From positions 1,568,001 to 1,632,000 of the forward strand of contig OY760175.1 of the NCBI GenBank assembly GCA_963663165.1: 64,000 nt of DNA. The letters run 5' to 3'. The notes beneath the pieces are model-generated. The model saw only the letters and a list, made by a program, of their open reading frames with translations, had not been told where the DNA came from and did no database searches. How positions within the stretch are numbered: the stretch's first letter is position 1; the number at the start of each line of letters is the position of its first letter. Source of the stretch: an uncultured Desulfospira sp. Its GTDB lineage: Bacteria > Desulfobacterota > Desulfobacteria > Desulfobacterales > Desulfobacteraceae. Shown piece by piece: positions 10,000-18,468 of the stretch. The translations under genes and the position numbers were made by a program.

Positions 10000-10027
10000 T
10001 GTTAGGATCATGTCAGGATTATGTTTT
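10000..10027 (-). promoter_or_regulatory. 11-bp-period direct repeats (Pho-box-like) upstream of the nucleotidase
   Basis: On the minus strand aaaaca/ctgaca/ctaaca; plus-strand tgttag(10000), tgtcag(10011), tgtttt(10022). Confidence 0.4.
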
Positions 10028-10161
10028 GAAAAGATACAACACATTGGAATAGTTTTATTTTTTACTTACCATACCGGCCCTTTCTTTAAGAAAAATTCAC
10101 CCCGTTTTTTTCTATGTTCCAGTTCATTTTTAATCCTTTTTCTCAGAATAGCTTTAAGAAT

Positions 10162-10273
10162 GGAAACGGGAAACCGGAGACCGGATATTGCGACTTCCTC
10201 TGTTTACGTCCTCCGGTCTCCGGCCTCCCTTTATCCCGTCTCCCTCCCTTCCGGCCTCCCTTCTTCCCGTCCC
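10162..10273. repeat. Heptamer repeat hairpin, family C (CCGGTCT/AGACCGG)
   Basis: ggaaacgggaaaccggagaccgga followed by tccggtctccggcctcc... degenerate 7-mers. Confidence 0.7.
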
Positions 10274-10386
10274 CATTCTTTTCAAACGCCTTGCCAAATC
10301 CTGAGGGCTATGGTAAACATAATTTTATTTAAATTCTGTCTTTATCATTGTTTATAAATCTGAAAATCATAGGGATTTAAGCATTC

Positions 10387-11337
10387 GTGGGAGAAACACC
10401 TGCCAGTATTCGAATCGGCCATTTAAAAATTATGGATCATTTGATCCTGGGCATGTCAGTATTCCGGCAGCAGGAAACCCCCCTTGCCCGGTCCATCCTT
10501 TTCCGGATCCCCATGAATACCTTTGAACAGATCTGCGACGGGTTAATACGGCAAACCATTCACGGGGCCTTTATGCCGTTGCCCATGGCCCTGGATCTGC
10601 ACGGTTCAGGATTTGCTTTGGAATGCCTGATGATGGTCAACCGGGGCGGCTCCCGGATTGTCACCTGCGCCCCCTTTGACACCTTATCGTCCTTAAAAGG
10701 GAAAACCCTTCTGGTCCCTTCGGAGTTGTCTGTCCAGCACATGCTGGTTCACCGGCTTTTGGATGCATCGGGCTTAAGCTTCGGTCCCGAAGGGGTCTCG
10801 GATGTCTACTGCCAGGCCGTCCCCCCCTATCTGATCCCCATGATCATGGAACAGGACGGGCAAAACCAGGTGGCCGGCGGCATCCTTTATGAGCCTTACG
10901 GGTTTGAGGCCATAAAAAAGGGCACGGGCCATATGGTCTGCACCTCCAACAGCCTGTGGAAAAACCATCCGGGCTGTGTGTTTGTCATGGAAAAGGGGGT
11001 GTCCGAAAGCCTCAAAGAGGAAATTCAGGAGCTGATTTCTCATTTTTTTGAATCCGCAGGCCTTTTGGAAACCCTGAAACAAGCCCCTGAAGGTGTTGAA
11101 AAAACATGGATTCCAGATTTTCTGGAGCAGGATCCGTTTTTGTCCCTTGAGGCGTTTCATAAGTGCCGGATCAGTTTCAACCCTTCGGAACTGGTGCCGG
11201 AGCCAGGGCTTGTGGACACCATCCAGGCCTATATGACCGGCGTTACCAAGACCCTGGCCGGCAAAGTTCCGCTCGATGACATTTTCACCCCTTACCGGGC
11301 CGAAAAAGCCCTTTTGGAAGCGGCCATTGAAGATTGA
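10387..11337 (+). CDS. NrtA/CmpA (NMT1-like) substrate-binding-fold protein without signal peptide
   Basis: IRIGHLKIMDHLILG, SVQHMLV, ILYEPYG, WKNHPGCV. No hydrophobic N-terminus. Confidence 0.75.
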   Translation: MGETPASIRIGHLKIMDHLILGMSVFRQQETPLARSILFRIPMNTFEQICDGLIRQTIHGAFMPLPMALDLHGSGFALECLMMVNRGGSRIVTCAPFDTLSSLKGKTLLVPSELSVQHMLVHRLLDASGLSFGPEGVSDVYCQAVPPYLIPMIMEQDGQNQVAGGILYEPYGFEAIKKGTGHMVCTSNSLWKNHPGCVFVMEKGVSESLKEEIQELISHFFESAGLLETLKQAPEGVEKTWIPDFLEQDPFLSLEAFHKCRISFNPSELVPEPGLVDTIQAYMTGVTKTLAGKVPLDDIFTPYRAEKALLEAAIED

Positions 11338-12094
11338 ACTCGAAAAAGTCACCAAGGTGTATACGGATCATCAAAAGAACCGGCACGCCATTTTAAAGGA
11401 TATCTCTTTTTCCATTGAATCCGGGGATTTTGTCATCATCCTGGGCGAATCCGGCTGCGGCAAAACCACCCTGCTCAATCTCATGGCCGGCCTGGCCCAC
11501 CCGAGTTCCGGGAAGATTCTGGCAGACGGCGAAGAAGTCAAGGGAATTCATCCGTCCCGCTCCATGATGTTCCAGCAGCCGGCCCTGATCCCCTGGCTGA
11601 GCGTCAAAGAAAATGTGGCCTATGGGTGCAAACTTAGAGGCGATTTAAAAGATTTAAACTACCGGGTCAACCAGTTCCTTGAAATCATGGGCCTTGCCGG
11701 CCATACCGATGCCAGGCCCCACCAGCTGTCCCTTGGCATGGCCCAGCGGGTCTGCCTGGCCAGGGCACTGGTGGGCCACCCTAAAATGCTGCTGTTTGAT
11801 GAACCCTTTGCCTCTTTGGATACCTTTACCCAGGCCCATATCCAGGAAGAACTGATCAACCTGTGGCTGTCCGAGCAGTTTACGGCCGTGTTTGTCACCC
11901 ATGATATTGACGAGGCCATACGGCTGGGCAATAAAATCATCCTTCTGGCCGGGGAGCCGGCCAACATTCTGGCCACCTTTGAGATGGACGAGGCCTATCC
12001 GAGGAACAGCAACGCCCCCCGGATCAAGGAAATCCGGCATGAAATCCTGGACCGGTTTAAAACCGCTTATCTCGCCAAACGGAGCCTTATTTAG
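11327..12094 (+). CDS. ABC transporter ATP-binding protein (TauB/NrtD/SsuB family)
   Basis: Walker A GESGCGKT, LSLGMAQRV signature, LLFDEPF, FVTHD. TTG start at 11327 chosen. Confidence 0.9.
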   Translation: MKIELEKVTKVYTDHQKNRHAILKDISFSIESGDFVIILGESGCGKTTLLNLMAGLAHPSSGKILADGEEVKGIHPSRSMMFQQPALIPWLSVKENVAYGCKLRGDLKDLNYRVNQFLEIMGLAGHTDARPHQLSLGMAQRVCLARALVGHPKMLLFDEPFASLDTFTQAHIQEELINLWLSEQFTAVFVTHDIDEAIRLGNKIILLAGEPANILATFEMDEAYPRNSNAPRIKEIRHEILDRFKTAYLAKRSLI

Positions 12095-12131
12095 CATGGA
12101 AACCTTAAAGCCCATACAAGGGGATACGCCC

Positions 12132-13283
12132 ATGAACCGGAGGCGATTTTTAAAGACCGGGGCAGCGGCGGCCCTGTCCGGGCTCGCCTTTCCGTCAAAG
12201 GCGTTCCTGTCCTCCAAACCCCTGAAGCTCGGGTATCTGCCCATTACCGATGCCACCCCGTTGCTGGTGGCCCACGGGCTGGGGTATTTTGCCCAGGAAG
12301 GGCTTGATGTGGACCGTCCGGTCATGGTCCGCTCCTGGCAGATTTTAACCGAATCCTTTCTGGCCGGAAAATTCAACCTGACCCATATGCTGTTTCCCAT
12401 CCCGGTCTGGATGCGCTTTAAACTCAATATCCCGGTCAAGGTCCTGGCCTGGGACCACACCAACGGCAGCGCCCTAACCGTGGGGGGGGCATCGGGCATT
12501 AAGAATTTCTCAGATCTTGGCGGCCGCCAGATAGCGGTCCCGTCCTGGTATTCCATGCACAACCTGATTTTGCAGATGGGGCTGCGCCAGCAGGGCCTGA
12601 CCCCGGTGATCCGCCCCATATCCGCCAGGGTCAAACCGGACCAGGTCAATCTGTTTGTCCTGTCTCCCCCGGAAATGCCAGCAGCCCTGTTGGGCGGAAA
12701 GATTGACGGCTTTATTGTTGCCGATCCCTTTAACGCCCTGGCCCAGTTAAAATTTAAAGCCGCCATCATGCGGTACACCGGAGATATTTGGAAAAATCAC
12801 CCCTGTTGTGTTATTGTAACCCATCAGGGGCTTTCCACCGAACAGCCGGAACTGGCCCAAAAGGCGGTTAATGCCATCGTAAGAGCCCAGAACTGGTGCC
12901 GTAAAAACCCCATGGAGGCGGCCCACCTGTTGAGCAGAAACGGAGAGCGGTACTTTCCGTTTCCGGAAAATGTGCTGCGCAAAGTATTCTCCGACCCTGA
13001 GCCTGGCGAACTGATTCATCCGGACTGGAAGCCCCCAAGAATTGGATTCCAGCCCTACCCCTTTCCATCAGCCACGCGATTTATCATTGACCAGATGAAG
13101 GCCACAAAAGTGGTGGGGGACACGGATTTTTTAACCGCCCTGGATACAACCAAGGCCGCCGGCGAACTGGTGGACGACCGGTTTGTCAAACAGGCCATAA
13201 AAAAAATGGGCGGCATGAAAAATTTTTGTCCGTGCGACCTTGAAAACCCGTATCAAAGGGAAGAAATCGTTGAAATCAGTTGA
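12132..13283 (+). CDS. Tat-exported ABC substrate-binding protein (NrtA/CmpA/SsuA-like)
   Basis: MNRRRFLKTG twin-arginine signal, LGYLPITDATPLLVA, WDHTNGS, WKNHPCCV. Confidence 0.9.
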   Translation: MNRRRFLKTGAAAALSGLAFPSKAFLSSKPLKLGYLPITDATPLLVAHGLGYFAQEGLDVDRPVMVRSWQILTESFLAGKFNLTHMLFPIPVWMRFKLNIPVKVLAWDHTNGSALTVGGASGIKNFSDLGGRQIAVPSWYSMHNLILQMGLRQQGLTPVIRPISARVKPDQVNLFVLSPPEMPAALLGGKIDGFIVADPFNALAQLKFKAAIMRYTGDIWKNHPCCVIVTHQGLSTEQPELAQKAVNAIVRAQNWCRKNPMEAAHLLSRNGERYFPFPENVLRKVFSDPEPGELIHPDWKPPRIGFQPYPFPSATRFIIDQMKATKVVGDTDFLTALDTTKAAGELVDDRFVKQAIKKMGGMKNFCPCDLENPYQREEIVEIS

Positions 13284-14097
13284 CGAATTCATAGCCAAAG
13301 ATTCCAAACAGGTCGGCCTGAATGCGGTCTTTGGAAAAAATATCGGGTTGAAATATGAAATCCTGGGGCTGATGGGGTTTGTCGCCGCCTGGGTGGTGTT
13401 TTCCTTTTTGATTTTTTCACAGCCGTCCCTTTCAAGGTTTCAAGGCTTTATGCCGGGACCTACGTTTTCAGCCCTGACCCGGGCGGTAACGGAAAGCCAT
13501 TTCTGGATATCGGTTTTTGCCAGCTTAAGACGGGTTCTGGTGGGCATTTTCTTAGCATCGCTGCTGGGGTTTCCCATGGGGATATTGGTGGGATTTTTCC
13601 CAAAACTGCGGGGGCTTTCCTATTCGCCCACCCAGTTTATCCGGATGATCAGCCCCCTATCCTGGATGCCCATTGCCCTGCTCTTATTTAACAGCTTTGA
13701 GTCAGCGGTGTATTTTTTGATTGTAATGGCTACGATTTGCCCTATAATATTAAATACGACGATCGGGGTGATCAACATTGATTCACAATGGATTAAAATG
13801 GCGTTGAATCAAGGCGCAAACAATATTCAGCTCATCCGTACCATTGTTGTTCCGGCGGTTGTTCCCAACATGCTCACCAGTCTTAGGCTGGCCCTGGGTG
13901 TTGCCTGGATTGTCCTTGTTCCGGCTGAATTCTTAGGCGTTACCAGCGGACTGGGGTATTTAATCAACGATGCCAGAGACACCATGGAATATGACAGGCT
14001 TATGGCAATGATTATCGCCATAGGAATTCTCGGGTTTTTGCTGGACCGTTTTTTCCAAAAACTTCAGCTGGCCCTGGCCTGGTCCTGGAACGGATAA
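13270..14097 (+). CDS. ABC transporter permease (TauC/NrtB/SsuC family)
   Basis: ASLRRV, ISPLSWMP, AWIVLVPAEFLGVTSGLGYLI. Start uncertain (13240 or 13270). Confidence 0.9.
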   Translation: MKSVDEFIAKDSKQVGLNAVFGKNIGLKYEILGLMGFVAAWVVFSFLIFSQPSLSRFQGFMPGPTFSALTRAVTESHFWISVFASLRRVLVGIFLASLLGFPMGILVGFFPKLRGLSYSPTQFIRMISPLSWMPIALLLFNSFESAVYFLIVMATICPIILNTTIGVINIDSQWIKMALNQGANNIQLIRTIVVPAVVPNMLTSLRLALGVAWIVLVPAEFLGVTSGLGYLINDARDTMEYDRLMAMIIAIGILGFLLDRFFQKLQLALAWSWNG

Positions 14098-14205
14098 AAA
14101 GGAGCCTTAACAAATTCGGCAGACTTAGTTGAATCCCCAGGCAGAACCGTCCCTGACACCTGGGAAAACAAACGAAAATATATATCAAACCTAAGGAGTA
14201 GTCTA

Positions 14206-15582
14206 ATGGCAGTAAATCCTGATATTAAAATAGTTGTCGCTGATGATTCAGGAACCATGCGCATGATGTTCAAACAAATCCTTAAGAAAGCGGGATTTGA
14301 AAACCTGGTCATGGCGGTGAATGGTGAAGACGGGTTTGAAAAAGTCAAACAGGAAAAACCCGACCTGGTGATCAGCGACTGGAACATGCCCCAGGTGGAC
14401 GGGTTGGACTTTTTAAAGCTGCTTCGGGCATCAGACGAATTTAAAACCCTGCCGTTTATTATGGCAACGGCCCAGTCCGATAAAGGCCAGCAGATTACCA
14501 TCATGGAAGCCGGCGGCAGTGCCCATGTGCCCAAGCCTTTTGACGAAGACCAGATTAAAGGGGCCATTGAAAAGGCCCTTTCAGGAGGCGGCGGCCAGGA
14601 ACAACGGGCTCCCAAACAACGCAGTGTTGTGGGCGGAAAAGTCGAGCTGAATGTGGCCCATATCCAGATCACGGACCACCTGGCCTTAGGCGCCTTGAAG
14701 CACCGGATCGAAAGCGGTGAGCTTGAGCCCCAGTACTTTGATTTGACCACCAGCCTTAAGGGCGGGTGGAACCCCATCCAGGAAGGGCTTGAAACCGGAG
14801 AAATTGACTGCGCCTTTGTGCTGGCCCCCATCGCCATGGACCTGTTTGCCTATGAGACCCCCATCCGGCTGGTACTGTTTGCCCATAAAAACGGGTCCAC
14901 CTTTGTCAGATCCCGGCATTACGATCATCGATTTGACTCCCTGCAAAGCTTTTACAAGTACAAGGTCGTGGACCTCCCCCACAAAATGTCCGTCCACCAC
15001 ATGCTGGCCCACCAGTTCTTAAAAGAGCTCGGGCTTAAACCGGGGGTGCCCGGCAAAAAAGCCATTAATGTCCGGTTTGAGGTGGTGCCGCCCATCAAAA
15101 TGCCCGGCATCATGAAAGAAAATGAAGACGTGGCCGGCTTCATGGTGGCCGAGCCCGTGGCCACCAAGGCCATTAAAACTGAGATTGGCAACCTGGAATT
15201 TTACTCGGCCTCCCGGTGGGAAAACCATCCCTGCTGTGTGGTGGCCATGCAGGAAGACTTTATTCAGCAGCATCCCGAGGCCGCTGAAGAATTTGTTTCC
15301 CTTCTGGTGGACACGGGCGAGTATATTGAAGACGACAAGGTCAGGGCCGCCCAGATTGCCGTGAACTTTCTTGATCCCGAAGGCAAAATGGGCCTGAACC
15401 CCGATGTGTTGAAAAATGTCTTTTCCCAGCCCATGGCCATTCACTGGAACGGTTTGTACCCTGAGGCAACAGAACTGGACAAAATTCAAAAATACATGCA
15501 CGATGTCATGGAAATCGGCAAGCTGATTGATCTTGAAAAATTTATCCAAAGCGATTTTGCCAATAAAGCGTACAATCGTTAG
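14206..15582 (+). CDS. CheY-like receiver domain fused to NrtA/CmpA-fold ligand-binding domain
   Basis: REC: VVADDS, PDLVISDWNMP, MATA, KPF. Followed by LNVAHIQITDHLALG, HKNGS, SVHHML, VAEP, WENHPCCV. Confidence 0.85.
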   Translation: MAVNPDIKIVVADDSGTMRMMFKQILKKAGFENLVMAVNGEDGFEKVKQEKPDLVISDWNMPQVDGLDFLKLLRASDEFKTLPFIMATAQSDKGQQITIMEAGGSAHVPKPFDEDQIKGAIEKALSGGGGQEQRAPKQRSVVGGKVELNVAHIQITDHLALGALKHRIESGELEPQYFDLTTSLKGGWNPIQEGLETGEIDCAFVLAPIAMDLFAYETPIRLVLFAHKNGSTFVRSRHYDHRFDSLQSFYKYKVVDLPHKMSVHHMLAHQFLKELGLKPGVPGKKAINVRFEVVPPIKMPGIMKENEDVAGFMVAEPVATKAIKTEIGNLEFYSASRWENHPCCVVAMQEDFIQQHPEAAEEFVSLLVDTGEYIEDDKVRAAQIAVNFLDPEGKMGLNPDVLKNVFSQPMAIHWNGLYPEATELDKIQKYMHDVMEIGKLIDLEKFIQSDFANKAYNR

Positions 15583-15597
15583 TTAAAGGAGCTGCTC

Positions 15598-16488
15598 ATG
15601 AAAATTACTGATCCCGAAGTGATCCGGAATGGAGAAAAAGACCTGATTGATGCGGTAAAAGAAGACCTTGACATGGAGGCGGTCAGGGATATCATCAAAA
15701 GCCGTCTGACCCCTGACGCCCTGACCTCAAAAGGGGGGCAGATCGTGGTTCATGACAATCAGGTGGCCTTCCGGCTGGACTTTGAGATCAATCTGAGCGG
15801 CAGCCTGCTGTTTGACCGGCAGGGAAATTACCTTACATCTGCTGAAGACCGGAATCTGCCTTTGGGGGAACCCGATGACGATTCCCTTGACACCCCGGAT
15901 GTCATCGCCGATGAACAGGCTCTGGACGCGTTTGATCTTGATGAGCCTGAGGACCGGGATGAACCCGAAGACCTTGACGACACCCCCCTGGACCTTGATC
16001 CCCCCCTAGAGACCGTTGAACCCGAAGCCGGGGAAGATGAGCCTGAATTAGAAACCCTTTCCCTGGAGGATTCGAACGTCCCGGATGCCGATGAAGACGA
16101 CGATGACGGACTGCACATTGATCTGCCCGATTATGATCAGGACCCTGTTGAACCCGAGAATGAAATCCTTGATATTCCCGGAGATGACGTGCCGGACCTG
16201 AAACTGGAAGATGATGAGCCCCTTGAGCTGGATGATGATGACTCCCTTGAGCTGGATGATGATGACTCCCTTGAGCTGGAGGATGCCCCCCCGGAATTGG
16301 AGATAGAAGCCGATGTCCCCGATATGGACATTGACGAGGATGCCCCCCTGGACCTGGACCTTGAAGAAGTGGACGTGGATTTAGAAGAAGAGGCCCTGGC
16401 AGATGATGAACTCTTAGATGAGGGAATTGACAACATCTTAAAAGAAAGCCGGGATTTCTGGGAGCAGAAAAAAGACCCTGACACCTGA
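15598..16488 (+). CDS. Hypothetical protein: small N-terminal domain, long Asp/Glu/Pro/Leu low-complexity tract, C-terminal helix
   Basis: RBS AAGGAG; 24-nt tandem repeats at 16220-16280 encoding LELDDDDS. Confidence 0.75.
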   Translation: MKITDPEVIRNGEKDLIDAVKEDLDMEAVRDIIKSRLTPDALTSKGGQIVVHDNQVAFRLDFEINLSGSLLFDRQGNYLTSAEDRNLPLGEPDDDSLDTPDVIADEQALDAFDLDEPEDRDEPEDLDDTPLDLDPPLETVEPEAGEDEPELETLSLEDSNVPDADEDDDDGLHIDLPDYDQDPVEPENEILDIPGDDVPDLKLEDDEPLELDDDDSLELDDDDSLELEDAPPELEIEADVPDMDIDEDAPLDLDLEEVDVDLEEEALADDELLDEGIDNILKESRDFWEQKKDPDT

Positions 16489-16590
16489 TACCCCGGGGAA
16501 AACCCAATCCAAAAAACTGAATCAGGCAATGCCATCCCAATAAGTTAATGACATTGAGTACCAGCCCCTTGATTCAAAAAGGACAACGCC

Positions 16591-16947
16591 ATGGATGATT
16601 TAAATGCCAGTGCCATGCCCGTGAACATGGATGAGCTAAAGGACATGATGGATAACGACATGGAACTCATCAATGATTGTTTTAACGATTATTTATCCGA
16701 CTGGCCGGAAATCTTTACTTCCATCAAAGCCGCCCTGACTGCCGCCGACTTCGGAACCATGAACAAGTCTGCCCACAAGCTCAAAGGCATGCTTCAATAC
16801 CTGTGTGCCGGCAGGGCATACCAGGCAGCGGCCGCCGTGGAATCCGGTGCGGGGAACACCCCAATCGATGATCTTTCAGGCATGATCTTAACCCTTGAAA
16901 AAGAATGCCTGGCCGTTGTCCAATATATCCGCCAGCAGTCTGCTTAA
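16591..16947 (+). CDS. Stand-alone Hpt (histidine phosphotransfer) protein
   Basis: Helical 118 aa with SAHKLKGML motif. Confidence 0.85.
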   Translation: MDDLNASAMPVNMDELKDMMDNDMELINDCFNDYLSDWPEIFTSIKAALTAADFGTMNKSAHKLKGMLQYLCAGRAYQAAAAVESGAGNTPIDDLSGMILTLEKECLAVVQYIRQQSA

Positions 16948-17777
16948 ATTTCGATAACGCTGCCGGTCCTGAAGGGGTTCACCCTGCGGGGCATCTGTGC
17001 GCTCATATACTTGAAGGCCTGTTCTCCGGTGCAGTGGCCCGTATAAAAAACAGTTTTTTCAAACACAGCGATTTCGCCCAACAGGGTATCCATCCGATGG
17101 GGTGACTCTGTTTTTCTCAACACCGGATTAAACAGATGAAACCCGCCGATAACCAGGTCAAACTGCCCTATTCCGGTATCTTTCTTTACACTGTTGAGCA
17201 TATTGCCGATGCCGGAGTGGGCGCATCCCGTCACCACGATGGTTTTCCCGCCATCTTCCAGGACCAGGCAAATTTCATGCTCAAAATCATCCAGCACCAG
17301 ACGCCCGGATTCATCGGTTTTACAAAGGCTTTTATTACCTTCGGGAATAAAGCCTGATGTTTCGAAATTGGTAATGATCTGCATGCCGTCTTCAACCGGA
17401 AAATTTTCTTTAATGAACCGGCATCTTGCCGGATCAATCCGGTCCACGGGAAGCCCGATATCCTTTTTCATCACCCGAAAAATCCGGGCATAATGCGGGG
17501 TCATGGCCGTGTCTTTCAGATAGACCGTGGCCTTTGAATTGACCTTTAAAAAATCCGGCAGCCCGCCCCCATGATCGTAATGGCCATGGGAAATAAATGC
17601 GATGTCAACCTGTGACAAATCAATCCCTAATTTCTGCGCATTGTCCAAAAACGTTTGATCCGGACCGGCATCAAACAGGACCTTTTTACTTGAAGTTTCA
17701 ATAAACAAACTGATGCCGTGTTTGGGAACAAGGGCGTCATCCTCGGTGGTGTTTTCCAGCAGGGTTGTAATTTTCAT
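16944..17777 (-). CDS. MBL-fold metallo-hydrolase
   Basis: HGISL, LFDAG, ISHGHYDHGGG, TGCAHSG, GGFHL, GHCTG. Confidence 0.9.
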   Translation of the reverse strand: MKITTLLENTTEDDALVPKHGISLFIETSSKKVLFDAGPDQTFLDNAQKLGIDLSQVDIAFISHGHYDHGGGLPDFLKVNSKATVYLKDTAMTPHYARIFRVMKKDIGLPVDRIDPARCRFIKENFPVEDGMQIITNFETSGFIPEGNKSLCKTDESGRLVLDDFEHEICLVLEDGGKTIVVTGCAHSGIGNMLNSVKKDTGIGQFDLVIGGFHLFNPVLRKTESPHRMDTLLGEIAVFEKTVFYTGHCTGEQAFKYMSAQMPRRVNPFRTGSVIEI

Positions 17778-17876
17778 TTCAATGCGGCTCCTTGATGCAG
17801 GGGTTATGATCTCAGCGTAATGTCTGATATGTTTTAGGTATCAAACCTTAGGCCAAAATGGAATAAAGTTATTAAA

Positions 17877-17967
17877 TGGAGACCGGAAACAGGAGACTGG
17901 AGACTGGAATGCGTATACCTTAAGAATGCGCGATTTCCGGTCTCCGGTTTCCGTTTTTCCGGTCTCC
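17877..17967. repeat. Heptamer repeat hairpin, family C
   Basis: ggagaccggaaacaggagactggagactgga ... tccggtctccggtttccgtttttccggtctcc. Confidence 0.8.
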
Positions 17968-18219
17968 ATTTTTCTAATTTTTTCCCGGCCCGTTTCATTG
18001 TAGGTAAAATCCCTAGGTTGGCGTCAGAAATACTGCTCACATTTAAAATCAGACATTTGCTGATTGTTAAATTCCCCTGTCTTTCATATGTGTAGTATCA
18101 ATAACCCCTCATTCTCTCATTTTATGGCAGATGTTATTGAACCGGCTAAACAACCAACCCCCGGATGAAACATTTTCTTCCAGGGTTAAAGTCAACCATC
18201 CTAACGATAGGAGGATTCT

Positions 18220-18468
18220 ATGTTCAAAGGCATGCCGAAAATTTTCTGGGCAGGCACCGGTCTGATGTACGTTTACGTGTTTTTTTTCATGTTCCTGGAG
18301 ATGACCATCCCCGGACTTCCATTAAAGAAGGTCTTTGGGATCCCTGCCTGCTACCTGTACAACTGGTTTGTCGGACTCTGGCTCATTAACGTCATTATTT
18401 CCTTTTTGTTTTTCTCCTCTGAAGAAAAACGGGAAGCAAAATTAGATCAGGAAGGAGGCAACATATGA
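18220..18468 (+). CDS. Small two-TM membrane partner of a sodium:solute symporter
   Basis: 82 aa, two hydrophobic helices, RBS AGGAGG, overlaps the symporter start. Confidence 0.7.
   Translation: MFKGMPKIFWAGTGLMYVYVFFFMFLEMTIPGLPLKKVFGIPACYLYNWFVGLWLINVIISFLFFSSEEKREAKLDQEGGNI

Noticed and set aside
10010..10357. 115-aa ORF upstream of the ABC operon
   Set aside because: Runs through family C repeats and AT-rich promoter DNA; no coding signature.
11892..12131. N-terminal extension of the binding-protein ORF in the track; likewise extensions at 27833-27907, 38669-38818 and 43375-43416
   Set aside because: Downstream starts have better RBS, signal peptides or family-typical N-termini.
11654..12778. 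374-aa antisense ORF, and similar long antisense ORFs at 8078-8947, 20729-21607, 23921-24676 and 39088-39873
   Set aside because: They lie opposite well-supported genes and have no recognisable motifs; typical GC-rich shadow ORFs.
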